64,000 bases of DNA from positions 1-64,000 of the IMG/VR virus record IMGVR_UViG_3300033067_000859. One strand, 5' to 3'. Source of the DNA: a virus (lineage: Duplodnaviria > Caudoviricetes). Shown here piece by piece: positions 47,167 through 57,579 of the stretch (position 1 is the first letter of the stretch; every line of letters starts with the position of its first letter). The translations under genes and the position numbers were made by a program. The notes below the pieces were generated by a model. It did not search any database and was not told the origin of the DNA. It saw nothing but the letters and a program-made list of their open reading frames with translations.

Positions 47167-49332
47167 TTAACCCTGTGCTGCCAGCACATCTACGGCATAT
47201 CTGCCGCGGTTAAAATACATAGATCCGGTAGTACCATACGCATCTGCGCCCCCACCGGTTAGGCGCCATTTTTTAGCGCCAGTTGCACCTAGCAACTGCG
47301 CCACTGCCATCATGCCAGCAACTGTACATAAGTCGTCGCCCTCTTTAATTCCACCATTTCGAACTAAGTTACTATAGTTCATTTTTAGAAGAATTTGCAT
47401 CAACTTTTCTTGCACTAGACCGTTGGCTAGAAAATCCTCTTTGCTCTTTATGCCATCTTTGCCAGTCCACGAGCTAGGTATACCAATGGCTTTGTTGCCG
47501 CCATACAGGGCATATGCATCACGTTTGATATGACCCGTTTCCACTAGTGCTGCGGCACCAAATTGATACTTGCCACAATAACCGATAGTGTTTACTATAT
47601 CATATCGGCAATTGCTTTCTGTCCAGCCAATTTGAGTCATAAGGGCCTTGACCATAGTTGCAGTTAGAGGGCCAATACCATCAGTAACTGCCGGGGCATC
47701 GGATCGGGTCATGTAACTTTTGTTAACTGGTTTTGTTACACCCTGTCCCGAAGCCTCCTTTGGGCCAGGATCTAGTTGGTCCGTAGACTTTGACCCTTTA
47801 CACTCAACTATAGGAATATCCTTCGACGGTGGCGGACCGGACGTTACACTATTTCCGGTACCAGAGCCGGTACTAGTACTAATTGCTGCTCCAGCAACAC
47901 TACCAGTAACTACAGTCTGACCAGCAAGTGAAGAATTTTGATGTAAACTCCAAGGCTCATGAGATGGGGCAATTTCTGCAATTGTTGACAATCCCCCGTC
48001 AATGCTTTCCCATTTTCCTGCAGAGTTTTTACCAGTGTCGCTAAGTTTATTAATTTTAAGAGACTTGGGTCTGTTGACCCCGCCTCCGGCACCATTGTTT
48101 AGTGTTATAGTGCTGCCTGTTAGCTTTAGCCCAGCAGCACCAGTGTAACTGCCTACCCCGGATGCATTGATATCTAATGTACCACTACTACCCAACCCAA
48201 CTTTTCCGCCAAACATTGTTAAGTCTTGCGCACTATTGATACCTATCTTGTTGCTTTGCAAATTTAAACTTTTACCGGCGCTGACATTAACATCTTGACC
48301 TGCATTCAAGTTGATATTTTTGTCAGCATGAAAGTTTAGGTCCCCTTGTGCCCTAACGTTTACGCTATTACTGCTGTAAATGTTTAAATGACCGGGTCCT
48401 GTCAATTCAACCCAAACGCTACCATCGCCATTGCCGATGTACAATATGCGTTCGCTGTCATTCATTAAAATCTGATGTCCGCCTGCTGTGCGCAAACGAA
48501 CTAAGCGATCTTGGTCTTGGTAGTTGCCATCGTCCATGACAAAAGAGTGTCCGCCTTTCCTAGCAGCAACTGCATAGTCGCTTTCCTTAAGCTCGCCCGA
48601 CTTGACTCTTTCGGCATATCCAGGATTGGTAGATGGGTCATTTATTGGCCGACCCGGTGTACTAATACCAAATACATAACTAGGGCTTTCGCGTTGACTC
48701 GAACTTGATATGATACCACGGATGTAGTCCTCATCAAGTCCTTGCCTTAGTAGTACTTTGTACTGCTCTTCGTGAATTGGCTTCTTGGCTGTTACAAAGT
48801 TTGCCCAATCGACGTTTTCGCTGTTTTCGTTAAATTCTGCTACAATAGTAGGCTTACCGTTGTAAGACGATTTTACTTGAGAGTCTTCAATATTACTTGA
48901 ATCTACGTTTGTACTACCAGCATTGCCCGGAAGCATATGATGTCCCAGCTGATTGGGAATACATGCAAACCAATAGCCCCTGTTAGGATCACCAGCAACA
49001 AAGGTACATAACACTAGATTACCAATATCGGGACTAACTGCCCAGAAACCATATGTGTGTTTTACTTTACTAAATGTATTCTGTTTGTTAGTATCCGGCT
49101 GAGTAGTTGACCCTAAGTAGGGACTAGCATAGGAAACTGTCCTCCAATTGTCTACATTATCCTCGTCTCCGCTAGATAAATCGGGAATGTATACTTGTAC
49201 TCGACCGGATCTAGTAGGGTCTAAGTTGTTCTTAACTTTGCCAATGTAGGGACCCGAATCCAATCTAATAGAAGATTCTTCTCTCCTGTATTGATCTGGT
49301 ATCTTTTTACTAACCCTTTTGTCCATTGCCAT
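47167..49332 (-). CDS. Baseplate central spike (T4 gp5/VgrG-like) with a C-terminal lysozyme-like domain
   Basis: OB-fold GKVKNNLDPTRSGRVQVYIP; GGH.F.MDD beta-helix repeats; C-terminal TESN...N.IGY.GKYQFG. Confidence 0.8.
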   Translation of the reverse strand: MAMDKRVSKKIPDQYRREESSIRLDSGPYIGKVKNNLDPTRSGRVQVYIPDLSSGDEDNVDNWRTVSYASPYLGSTTQPDTNKQNTFSKVKHTYGFWAVSPDIGNLVLCTFVAGDPNRGYWFACIPNQLGHHMLPGNAGSTNVDSSNIEDSQVKSSYNGKPTIVAEFNENSENVDWANFVTAKKPIHEEQYKVLLRQGLDEDYIRGIISSSSQRESPSYVFGISTPGRPINDPSTNPGYAERVKSGELKESDYAVAARKGGHSFVMDDGNYQDQDRLVRLRTAGGHQILMNDSERILYIGNGDGSVWVELTGPGHLNIYSSNSVNVRAQGDLNFHADKNINLNAGQDVNVSAGKSLNLQSNKIGINSAQDLTMFGGKVGLGSSGTLDINASGVGSYTGAAGLKLTGSTITLNNGAGGGVNRPKSLKINKLSDTGKNSAGKWESIDGGLSTIAEIAPSHEPWSLHQNSSLAGQTVVTGSVAGAAISTSTGSGTGNSVTSGPPPSKDIPIVECKGSKSTDQLDPGPKEASGQGVTKPVNKSYMTRSDAPAVTDGIGPLTATMVKALMTQIGWTESNCRYDIVNTIGYCGKYQFGAAALVETGHIKRDAYALYGGNKAIGIPSSWTGKDGIKSKEDFLANGLVQEKLMQILLKMNYSNLVRNGGIKEGDDLCTVAGMMAVAQLLGATGAKKWRLTGGGADAYGTTGSMYFNRGRYAVDVLAAQG

Positions 49333-49336
49333 TGTA

Positions 49337-52072
49337 TTATCCTTGATCTGTTAGGGTGCTACTATCTATTAAAGGGGCAAACTTAATTGCCAACTTTATA
49401 GCCTGTTGCTCTTCAATTTGATCGTATGCTGTGTTGCCGTTGTCTTCGTCGCTATTTGATACTGCTGCGGTAGTGTATACTGCATCTGCATCCGCTGCCT
49501 TCAATTCTGCTGCCCTATCCGCAACCTGCTGATCTATCCCAGTAAACTCATCTGCTTCGGATGTAGCAGGTGCTTTTGCTTCAGCAACTGTAGTAACATC
49601 AGGTGCACGGTTGTCAACCTTTTTAATTTTAGAACCTGCTAGACTATCGTAATCAGGCTGATCAAATAATCGAATCATTTCTAAAGTTTGTGTAAACACT
49701 CCATTGGAAAATTCGTTGTCAACAGTAATAATCTTGTACATGCCACTAAACACACTAGTCTCAACTTGGCCCCACTCCATTAGCCCGCTCTTGGGGTTAA
49801 AGTCAACTGGCGTTTTGAATTGAACTAAAGCAAACACTTCACCTGCATCATAAATCACACTGCCCGATTTAGGATCAACAGCTAAATCTGACCTCTGATC
49901 AGGATTGTTTACTGGATTAAAGAATACATCATCTTGCTTAATTAGCTCAGGGTCTCCAATGATCTTTAACTTAATATTGATCATATCGCCGCGGCTGCTA
50001 CTGAGCATGCTCTTAGAAAAATCATTTATCAATACTCCCTTGCTATCGGGGCTGGCTGCATTGACCATGTCTGCTTGTCCACTAACAGGAACTACCACTT
50101 TATTTTGCACGTTAACAGGTTTGTCGGCTGCAACTGCATCATCAGTTTCATCTTGCTTGGGCTGCTTCTGAACTGTTGATTCTTGTATTTTGGCTCGGTC
50201 GGCGGTAATTGCTGTGTAGAACATTGTGTCAAAGTCAATGTCAAAGCTGATAATACTTTGATTCTTGCCAGTGTACATATAGTTGTATTCTTTACAATAA
50301 AAATCGGGCTGCGAGGTTGGCACATCTCGAAATTTACTGTTATAATAGGTGTACTTCTTAACATAGTAAGTAGTTTTCTTACTATATTTGTCAAGCTTAG
50401 TATCAAACTGCTTTATTTCAATCACTGGAATAATGCGGTACCAGTCAATGGGTTTATTCGATTTGTCTGCGGCCGTTTGCGGATCTACTGCGGGATCCTT
50501 AACTTGCCGCCGTATGTATTCGCTGCTACGCATGACCATGTTGATGACTTCCAGAACGTTTGTACCTGCATTGATTGTAAATGTTTCAATACCGGGCTCA
50601 ACCGGTGCTGTAGGTAACCCAGCTTGAGCTCTAATTGCCGCAATGCCACTAGCAGAATTTGCTGTGGCCATGGGCGTTCTTGAAGCCGAAGTTTTTGCAG
50701 GAATCACAATTTCCGAACTGGCTATTTCGGGATCAAACACAAACTCGTAGATTTCCGGAAATTCCCTATGCTTGTTCTCTTTGAGCTGCCTCTGATAACT
50801 ATTCATGGCCGCAGTATAACTACCTACAACGTAACTGGTGTTAACTCCATCTTTACTTAGGGCTTTGGCTTGCGTTTCAGTTTCAGCCGATCTGGTGCCC
50901 TTAGGTTCAGCTTTACGCTGCTCAGCCGCTTCGCGCATAGACGATTCGACTCTTTCCGATACCAGCGATTGGACTTTAGTGATAGAATCTGCCTCGCCGG
51001 CTGATCCAGTAGAGCTAAAAAATTCCCCAACAGTCTTGGCCCGCACTTCTAAAAATGCAGGCGTGCTAGCTGTCGTTTCACTAAATGCCTGATGGCTATA
51101 AGGCACCGCTTGCAACTGGTACTCGGTACCCTTGCTGCTTACTTTAACTTTACATCCGATTAGTTTAACTGGCAAATACTTAGATTGATTCTTAATGGGG
51201 TGCATTAAGTTACCCAATGTGTCATTACCAAAAAAGTCAATTTGCAACAAAAAGGGAATCTGCATCCAGCTCTTGGCCCCGATGTCTTGAGTTACAAATA
51301 GCAACCGATTGATTAAAGTAACACCGTAGGGCTCAACTAGCGTAAAGTTAATTTCAACTGCATTGCTGTTACGACTCCTAGAGTTCATGCCAACTACAGT
51401 TTTAAACACTAAGTTTTCAAAATAAAAGTCTTCGTTGAACCGAGCATTTCGCTGAAAATCAACAGAGTCCCTACGCCCGGCGCTGGCTATTAAAACAGTC
51501 TTGTCATTATTTTTGTAAATGTACCCCGGTTTAGTAACCAAATCGTTATATTTGTCTGGAGGTATTACATGAAAACTCAATCCGTATGTGTAATCCGCAT
51601 ATTCAAATAGAGGATTGTCACGTGGTTTAATGCCAGACTTGTTTTGCCCAATTGATGCTTTTTTTACTGACTCGTCAACTACTGCTTTTTTACGATCTTC
51701 ATTGGCAGTTGCAGCCGACTCTACTTGCGACTGACTAGTGTTTTCCGGACCAACCTCGGGGCTTCGTTCATCAGCCGGAGTTTCTGACGACTTGATGTTA
51801 TTGACTTCCTTTTCAGTCATGTCCTCGGTAGTACTAGCATCCGGTGCAGTCTCGGCAACAGTTGGTTCGTCTTTGGGATTGGATGCTGCTCGTGGATCAA
51901 CCGGCGATGGCAGATCCCCTGCATTAACTCCCTTGGCTTTGGCCAAAGACATAAGTCCTGCAGGACTTTCTGCACGAGCTAAAGTTTTGCCCGCGCCATC
52001 TACCATCAATAAAAGTCCAGTGTTATCGTCAACCTTTATCGATAAAGGGTTTGTGTAGTCAGTTGATGCCAT
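49337..52072 (-). CDS. Baseplate hub protein (gp27-like, tentative)
   Basis: Lies between the gp53-like and gp5-like genes; IKLKIIGDP and FSGMYKIITV...FSNGVFTQTL. Confidence 0.6.
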   Translation of the reverse strand: MASTDYTNPLSIKVDDNTGLLLMVDGAGKTLARAESPAGLMSLAKAKGVNAGDLPSPVDPRAASNPKDEPTVAETAPDASTTEDMTEKEVNNIKSSETPADERSPEVGPENTSQSQVESAATANEDRKKAVVDESVKKASIGQNKSGIKPRDNPLFEYADYTYGLSFHVIPPDKYNDLVTKPGYIYKNNDKTVLIASAGRRDSVDFQRNARFNEDFYFENLVFKTVVGMNSRSRNSNAVEINFTLVEPYGVTLINRLLFVTQDIGAKSWMQIPFLLQIDFFGNDTLGNLMHPIKNQSKYLPVKLIGCKVKVSSKGTEYQLQAVPYSHQAFSETTASTPAFLEVRAKTVGEFFSSTGSAGEADSITKVQSLVSERVESSMREAAEQRKAEPKGTRSAETETQAKALSKDGVNTSYVVGSYTAAMNSYQRQLKENKHREFPEIYEFVFDPEIASSEIVIPAKTSASRTPMATANSASGIAAIRAQAGLPTAPVEPGIETFTINAGTNVLEVINMVMRSSEYIRRQVKDPAVDPQTAADKSNKPIDWYRIIPVIEIKQFDTKLDKYSKKTTYYVKKYTYYNSKFRDVPTSQPDFYCKEYNYMYTGKNQSIISFDIDFDTMFYTAITADRAKIQESTVQKQPKQDETDDAVAADKPVNVQNKVVVPVSGQADMVNAASPDSKGVLINDFSKSMLSSSRGDMINIKLKIIGDPELIKQDDVFFNPVNNPDQRSDLAVDPKSGSVIYDAGEVFALVQFKTPVDFNPKSGLMEWGQVETSVFSGMYKIITVDNEFSNGVFTQTLEMIRLFDQPDYDSLAGSKIKKVDNRAPDVTTVAEAKAPATSEADEFTGIDQQVADRAAELKAADADAVYTTAAVSNSDEDNGNTAYDQIEEQQAIKLAIKFAPLIDSSTLTDQG

Positions 52073-52075
52073 TGA

Positions 52076-52375
52076 TTACAGCCCCAAAGTTGCAACTAAT
52101 GTTTCTTTTTTAGGAATAAAGATATGTTGCCCCGGATAAAAATCAAAAATAGGATCTTTAAGAACGTTAGGGTTACGACTAACAAACACCCACCACAGTG
52201 TAGAGTCTCCGTACAAGTCATAGGCCAGCATATCGGGGCGGTGCTTATATACCGCATCAATCACATACTCTACATCCGATGCTGTTTTGGGAATAGGCCG
52301 AAATTCAAGAACATCAAGAAATCTCCCAAACATTCCAGTCCCATAATAAGGACTAGCTTTACTGTATGTTGCCAT
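52076..52375 (-). CDS. LysM-like baseplate wedge protein (T4 gp53-like)
   Basis: RPDMLAYDLYGDSTLWWVF...G..IFIP. Confidence 0.85.
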   Translation of the reverse strand: MATYSKASPYYGTGMFGRFLDVLEFRPIPKTASDVEYVIDAVYKHRPDMLAYDLYGDSTLWWVFVSRNPNVLKDPIFDFYPGQHIFIPKKETLVATLGL

Positions 52376-53247
52376 TAGATAAATCCTCCGCCCACTAGTT
52401 TGCCACTAGCAAATTTATCCAAGTCAAATTCAGCAACACTCTTTCTGCTGTAGATGGGCTGCAAGCTAATTTGAATTTGACTAATTGTAGGCAATCGATT
52501 CATGCGACTCTTACCGGACGTCGTACTGCCTTCGTAAGGGTATTTTTCGGACGCATCCATAGACATAGGATCAAATGTCACAGACGGCACTTCTAAGTAA
52601 TCAACATCCTGCCCCATTGTGTGAGTAAAACTAGTCAGAATGCAAGGAACATTAGGGAACAAATGCTCCCCGTAACCATTTAGAAATAACACAGGCGGGG
52701 GGTTACCAGCATTGCTGCCATTACCGTAAAACATCTTTGTTGCAGATCTGAAGAAATAAATACAAGCTAGCAGATACTGACCTTCCTCCACTGTTTGTAC
52801 TGTAAAATCGCCACTCAAGTTGATGGCTTGCACATCACTTGAATCATAAAAGTATGCTGCATAGTTGCTATGAGTTGTCTTTTGTGACGAGTAATTTGCG
52901 CTGTAAGAAGTTGTAATATTTGGTGTATAAGGAAAAACTACGCCCTGTGTGCTGATCAAAGGGGCCAAAATTCCTGCTTCCCCTTTGTAAAATATGCCGC
53001 TAGATTCGCCAACACTAACACGAACTCGCCAGTCGTTCTCAATAGGCACTGTAGTACCGTCTCTGGATCCAACCGAAAATCCGACCCTAGTTTCGGGAGC
53101 TTGCATCGTTGCTCGACGACCGCCGGCAGCTAATCCAGCAATACTCAAACGAGCTTTGCTGGGATCGAGTGTGTCACCGATCCTGTTTTTAACGAAATCG
53201 GTAACTTTGCCTAACCCCGATGATATGCTATCTAAACTAAAAGACAT
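52375..53247 (-). CDS. Tail tube initiator/baseplate protein (gp48/gp54-like)
   Basis: FPYTPNI, FFRSATKM, PPVLFLNGYG and VPCILTSF. Confidence 0.7.
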   Translation of the reverse strand: MSFSLDSISSGLGKVTDFVKNRIGDTLDPSKARLSIAGLAAGGRRATMQAPETRVGFSVGSRDGTTVPIENDWRVRVSVGESSGIFYKGEAGILAPLISTQGVVFPYTPNITTSYSANYSSQKTTHSNYAAYFYDSSDVQAINLSGDFTVQTVEEGQYLLACIYFFRSATKMFYGNGSNAGNPPPVLFLNGYGEHLFPNVPCILTSFTHTMGQDVDYLEVPSVTFDPMSMDASEKYPYEGSTTSGKSRMNRLPTISQIQISLQPIYSRKSVAEFDLDKFASGKLVGGGFI

Positions 53248-53258
53248 TGAATAACCCC

Positions 53259-53287
53259 TTGCTTTTAGTATTTATTTGTAGTAATAT
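53259..53287. promoter_or_regulatory. Divergent promoter region: sigma70-like promoter for gp55 (+) with a late motif (-) in its spacer
   Basis: TTGCTT-N17-TAATAT on +; ATAAATA on - at 53269-53275. Confidence 0.5.
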
Positions 53288-53309
53288 ATGCTTAGTTTTT
53301 AAGGAAACC

Positions 53310-54173
53310 ATGAAATCAAACTATCTAAACAACAAAGACATCTTAAAGGAAATTCATAAAAGTAAAACAACTTACTGCACATATTTGGAACCCGGGTATT
53401 CCGAATACGATATGATTGTCCATGATGTTGCCGACATCAACCCAAAATCTATTGCAGAAGCTAGACAAAATCGTGCAGATCGTCTAGCACGATTGGCTCA
53501 CGAAGAAGCATTGGCTGCTACCGGAGAAAAGAGAAAACTAGACGAGTTTGCAATCGACATAGAAACTATTGCAGACACAGATGTTGTCTTCCGGTTAATG
53601 ACGTGGGATCATGTGCCAATCGACGAAGCAAAAACAGCCAAAGCAAAACTAGCTGCCGAAGAAGACGATACCGTACTTACAGAATACGACGAACTAGAGC
53701 CCCCAAATACAACCAAATATGTGAAATGTAATTTTCCTCCATTTCAGCACTTTAAAGTTACACAAGACGGCACGCCTATATTGGTAGGAAAGAGCCATTG
53801 GAAGGGCGATTTAATTACAGGCGAATGGTCTAGCGATCACGGTACAATGACTAAAAAACTAGCATTGATGTTTATGAAACTGTGCGAGCGCTATGCAACA
53901 AGAAGTAACTGGCGTGGATACACATATAATGACGAAATGCGATCACAGGCATTACTACAGCTAAGTTATGTAGGACTAAAGTTTGACGAATCAAAAAGCC
54001 AAAACCCATTTGCATATTACACCGCTGCCGTCACTAACAGTTTTACTAGAGTTTTGAATATTGAAAAACGTAACCAAAACTTACGTGACGACATTCTAGA
54101 AATGGCTGGAATGACCCCGTCGTATACTCGACAAGGTATGAGCGGCGGACATCATTACGATGCAGACGAGTAA
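53310..54173 (+). CDS. Late transcription sigma factor (T4 gp55-like)
   Basis: NYLNNKDIL..I, YTYNDEM and FDESKSQNPFAYYT...NSF.R...EK; start reassigned to 53310 after an AAGGA SD. Confidence 0.9.
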   Translation: MKSNYLNNKDILKEIHKSKTTYCTYLEPGYSEYDMIVHDVADINPKSIAEARQNRADRLARLAHEEALAATGEKRKLDEFAIDIETIADTDVVFRLMTWDHVPIDEAKTAKAKLAAEEDDTVLTEYDELEPPNTTKYVKCNFPPFQHFKVTQDGTPILVGKSHWKGDLITGEWSSDHGTMTKKLALMFMKLCERYATRSNWRGYTYNDEMRSQALLQLSYVGLKFDESKSQNPFAYYTAAVTNSFTRVLNIEKRNQNLRDDILEMAGMTPSYTRQGMSGGHHYDADE

Positions 54174-54215
54174 CTTGCTCTTGATCTGCTACATTACACT
54201 CTGTTAAACTACATA

Positions 54216-55235
54216 ATGAGCAATTTATTTAAAAAGGCCGCGGTATTCACCGACATACATTTTGGGCTAAAATCAAATAGCGTACAACATAATGAAGATT
54301 GCATAAACTTTGTTAAATGGGCTACTACCAAAGCAAAAGAGGAAGGGTGCGAAACTGCATTCTTCCTTGGCGACTGGCACAATAACAGAGCAAGCATCAA
54401 CATCTTAACACTGGGTTATAGCCTGCAAGCATTGGAGCATCTAAATGCAAATTTTGAACGTGTGTATTTTATTCCTGGTAACCACGATCTATATTATCGC
54501 GATAAACGTGACGTTCAAAGCGTGGAGTGGGCGAAGCACCTCCCTAATGTTCAAATCTGCAATGATTGGTTCAGCGATGGTAATGTCACTATTGCCCCTT
54601 GGTTATGTGGAGATGATCATAAACGCCTGGCCAAGCTAAAAGGCGATTACTTGTTTGGGCACTTTGAACTACCCGGTTACTTGATGAATGCCATGGTTGC
54701 TATGCCAGACCATGGTGATATCAAACGAGAAGATCTAAGTGGGTTCGGTCATGTTTACACTGGCCACTTCCATAAACGTCAAACTAAGAACAACGTTACA
54801 TACATTGGCAACTGTTTCCCACATAACTATGCAGATGCTGGCGACGACGACCGTGGTCTTGCTGTTATCGAATGGGGGAAGCCAGCAGTGCATTATGCAT
54901 GGCCGGATCAGCCCAGATACAGAGTTTACAAACTAAGTGATGTGCTCAATCACACAGAAGTCATGTTGCAGCCGGGCATGCACTGTAGAGTTAATTTAGA
55001 TATTGATATTAGTTACGAAGAAGCAACTTTCATCAAGGAAACATTCGTGGACACATATAAACTACGAGAGCTAACATTGATCCCGCAACGAGTAATCGAA
55101 GAAGTTGGCGAAAATATTATGCTAGGCAATATTGCCTTTGAGAGCGTAGATCAAATTGTCACTAGTCAATTAACTAATATCAATAGCGAACATTATAATC
55201 AAAATCTATTGCTGGACATTTACCGTAACCTATGA
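54216..55235 (+). CDS. Recombination endonuclease subunit (T4 gp47/Mre11-like)
   Basis: FTDIHFG, FLGDWH, GNHD and GHFH phosphoesterase motifs. Confidence 0.93.
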   Translation: MSNLFKKAAVFTDIHFGLKSNSVQHNEDCINFVKWATTKAKEEGCETAFFLGDWHNNRASINILTLGYSLQALEHLNANFERVYFIPGNHDLYYRDKRDVQSVEWAKHLPNVQICNDWFSDGNVTIAPWLCGDDHKRLAKLKGDYLFGHFELPGYLMNAMVAMPDHGDIKREDLSGFGHVYTGHFHKRQTKNNVTYIGNCFPHNYADAGDDDRGLAVIEWGKPAVHYAWPDQPRYRVYKLSDVLNHTEVMLQPGMHCRVNLDIDISYEEATFIKETFVDTYKLRELTLIPQRVIEEVGENIMLGNIAFESVDQIVTSQLTNINSEHYNQNLLLDIYRNL

Positions 55236-57001
55236 TTAGAATCAAGAATTTATCTGTTAAAAATTTCATGAGTGTAGGTAATGCTACACAGGCACTAAAC
55301 TTTGATCGAAAAGATCTTACTCTAGTGCTGGGAGAAAATGTCGACTTAGGTGGCGACGATACTGGTGCTAGGAATGGCACCGGTAAAACTACCATTATCA
55401 ATGCATTGAGTTATGGTTTATTTGGTACTGCATTAACTAATATTCGCAAAGATAACCTGATTAACAAAACCAATAATAAGGCCATGTTAGTTACTGTTGA
55501 ATTTGAGAAAGACGGCATCGATTATAAAATTGAAAGAGGTCGTAAACCAAACACCATGGCATTCTATGTCGGCGATGTTGAAAAAGAGATCACCGATGAA
55601 AGTCAAGGAGACAGCAGAGAAACCCAACAAGAAATTGAACGTATGTTGGGCATGAGTCATGATATGTTCAAACATATTGTGGCCTTGAACACGTACACTG
55701 AGCCCTTCCTAAGCCTAAGAGCCAACGATCAGCGGGCTATCATCGAACAACTGCTAGGTATCACTTTGTTGTCTGAAAAAGCAGAAAAACTCAAGGAACT
55801 TGCAAAAGTCACTAAAGATGCAATTACTGCCGAAGACTTTCGAATAAAGGCAGTAACTGATGCAAACAAGCGCATTGAGGAGCAGATAGAAAGTCTCCGA
55901 AAACGCCAAAAGTTATGGCTAGCAAAACACAATGATGATATTGCTAAATTGGAAGCTGCTTATACAGAATTAAGTACCATTGATATCGAATCCGAGTTGC
56001 AAGCGCACAAAGAGCTTGCTGCATATAGTCGCAAGAAAAAAGAAATTGCGGATCTAACTGCATTAATTAGACGTTGTGAGTTAGACGAAGCTCGCGAGCT
56101 AAAGTTAGTCGATCAACTCAAATCTGAAATCACTAGCTTAGAGAACCACACTTGCCACTCGTGCGGACAAGAGTTCCATGATGAGCGACAAGTGCAGGTC
56201 TTGAATCGCAAACGTCAGGCGTTGCAAGAAGCAGCGTTACAAGCCCTGGCCACTAACACACAGCTGATCGAGAACACAGATGCACTCCGTGCTCTCGGCG
56301 AGTTAGGTCCGCAACCCAAAGTGTTCTATGATCAAGAAAGCGATGCATTTGAGCATCGCAGTAGCATGGCCAATATCTTAAGTCAGCTGAGCGCTAAACA
56401 AAACGAATCTGATCCCTACACTGAACAGATCGCAGAGATGAGCACACATGCACTGACTACTATTAATTACGATGTTATTAATGAACTGGGCTTGCTAAAG
56501 GATCATCAAGAATTCCTTCACAAATTGTTAACCAATAAAGATAGTTTTATTCGTAAACGAATTATTGACCAGAACTTGTCTTACTTAAATGCACGCCTTG
56601 CACAATATTTAGATCGTATTGGACTGCCGCACACAGTAAAGTTCAACAATGATTTGTCTGTTAGCATAACTGAACTAGGCCGAGATCTGGATTTTGACAA
56701 TTTGTCACGTGGTGAACGCAATCGACTCATCTTGTCCTTGTCTTGGGCCTTCCGAGATGTATGGGAAAGTTTATACCAACCAATTAATTTGCTATTCATT
56801 GACGAGCTGGTTGACAGCGGAATGGACACTAGCGGTGTTGAGAATAGTTTAGCTATACTTAAGAAGATGGGCAGAGAATCAAATAAGTCAATTTGGTTAG
56901 TTAGTCACAAAGATGAACTAGCAGGGCGGGTGAACAATATTCTGCGAGTCATTAAAGAAAATGGGTTCACTACATACAATACTGATGTAGACATTGCATG
57001 A
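55232..57001 (+). CDS. Recombination ATPase subunit (T4 gp46/Rad50-like)
   Basis: Walker A NGTGKT, zinc hook CHSC, signature LSRGE, Walker B FIDE, and SH. Confidence 0.95.
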   Translation: MIRIKNLSVKNFMSVGNATQALNFDRKDLTLVLGENVDLGGDDTGARNGTGKTTIINALSYGLFGTALTNIRKDNLINKTNNKAMLVTVEFEKDGIDYKIERGRKPNTMAFYVGDVEKEITDESQGDSRETQQEIERMLGMSHDMFKHIVALNTYTEPFLSLRANDQRAIIEQLLGITLLSEKAEKLKELAKVTKDAITAEDFRIKAVTDANKRIEEQIESLRKRQKLWLAKHNDDIAKLEAAYTELSTIDIESELQAHKELAAYSRKKKEIADLTALIRRCELDEARELKLVDQLKSEITSLENHTCHSCGQEFHDERQVQVLNRKRQALQEAALQALATNTQLIENTDALRALGELGPQPKVFYDQESDAFEHRSSMANILSQLSAKQNESDPYTEQIAEMSTHALTTINYDVINELGLLKDHQEFLHKLLTNKDSFIRKRIIDQNLSYLNARLAQYLDRIGLPHTVKFNNDLSVSITELGRDLDFDNLSRGERNRLILSLSWAFRDVWESLYQPINLLFIDELVDSGMDTSGVENSLAILKKMGRESNKSIWLVSHKDELAGRVNNILRVIKENGFTTYNTDVDIA

Positions 57002-57579
57002 AACAAAAATATATAGATATGTACATGGACTGGGCTGCTCGAGCAGCCGAGCTTAGCCATGCAAAACGATTACAAGTGGGCGCTGTCATTGTTAAAGATG
57101 ACAGTGTTATCAGCTACGGTTACAATGGCATGCCGGCTGGGTGGGACAACAATTGTGAAGATAAGATATACGATCCGGGCGCCGGCGGGTGGCTTGACCC
57201 CGATGAATTTAATGCTAAGTATCCGTACGAAGAATGGCACAATGGTGCCATGCGCCTTGTTCGCTATGGGCTAAAAACTAAACCAGAGGTACTACATGCC
57301 GAATCAAACGCTCTTGCAAAACTGGCGAAGTCTCACAACAGTGGCCTTGGGGCCGACTTATTTGTTACTCACAGTCCTTGTATCGACTGTGCCAAGCTCA
57401 TTTATCAGTCAGGCATTCGTCGCGTTTATTTTAATCAGAACTATAGGGACGATGCGGGAATAACATTCTTGGAAAAGTCTGGTATTGTAGTAAAAAATGT
57501 TAGCGGTGGCGAAAACGTCATAACTACATTACAAGCACAAATACCGCATGACCTGGACGTATCAAGGACAAATAGTTGA
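56998..57579 (+). CDS. dCMP deaminase
   Basis: GYNGMPAG, HAESNA and PCIDC Zn motifs. Confidence 0.93.
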   Translation: MKQKYIDMYMDWAARAAELSHAKRLQVGAVIVKDDSVISYGYNGMPAGWDNNCEDKIYDPGAGGWLDPDEFNAKYPYEEWHNGAMRLVRYGLKTKPEVLHAESNALAKLAKSHNSGLGADLFVTHSPCIDCAKLIYQSGIRRVYFNQNYRDDAGITFLEKSGIVVKNVSGGENVITTLQAQIPHDLDVSRTNS

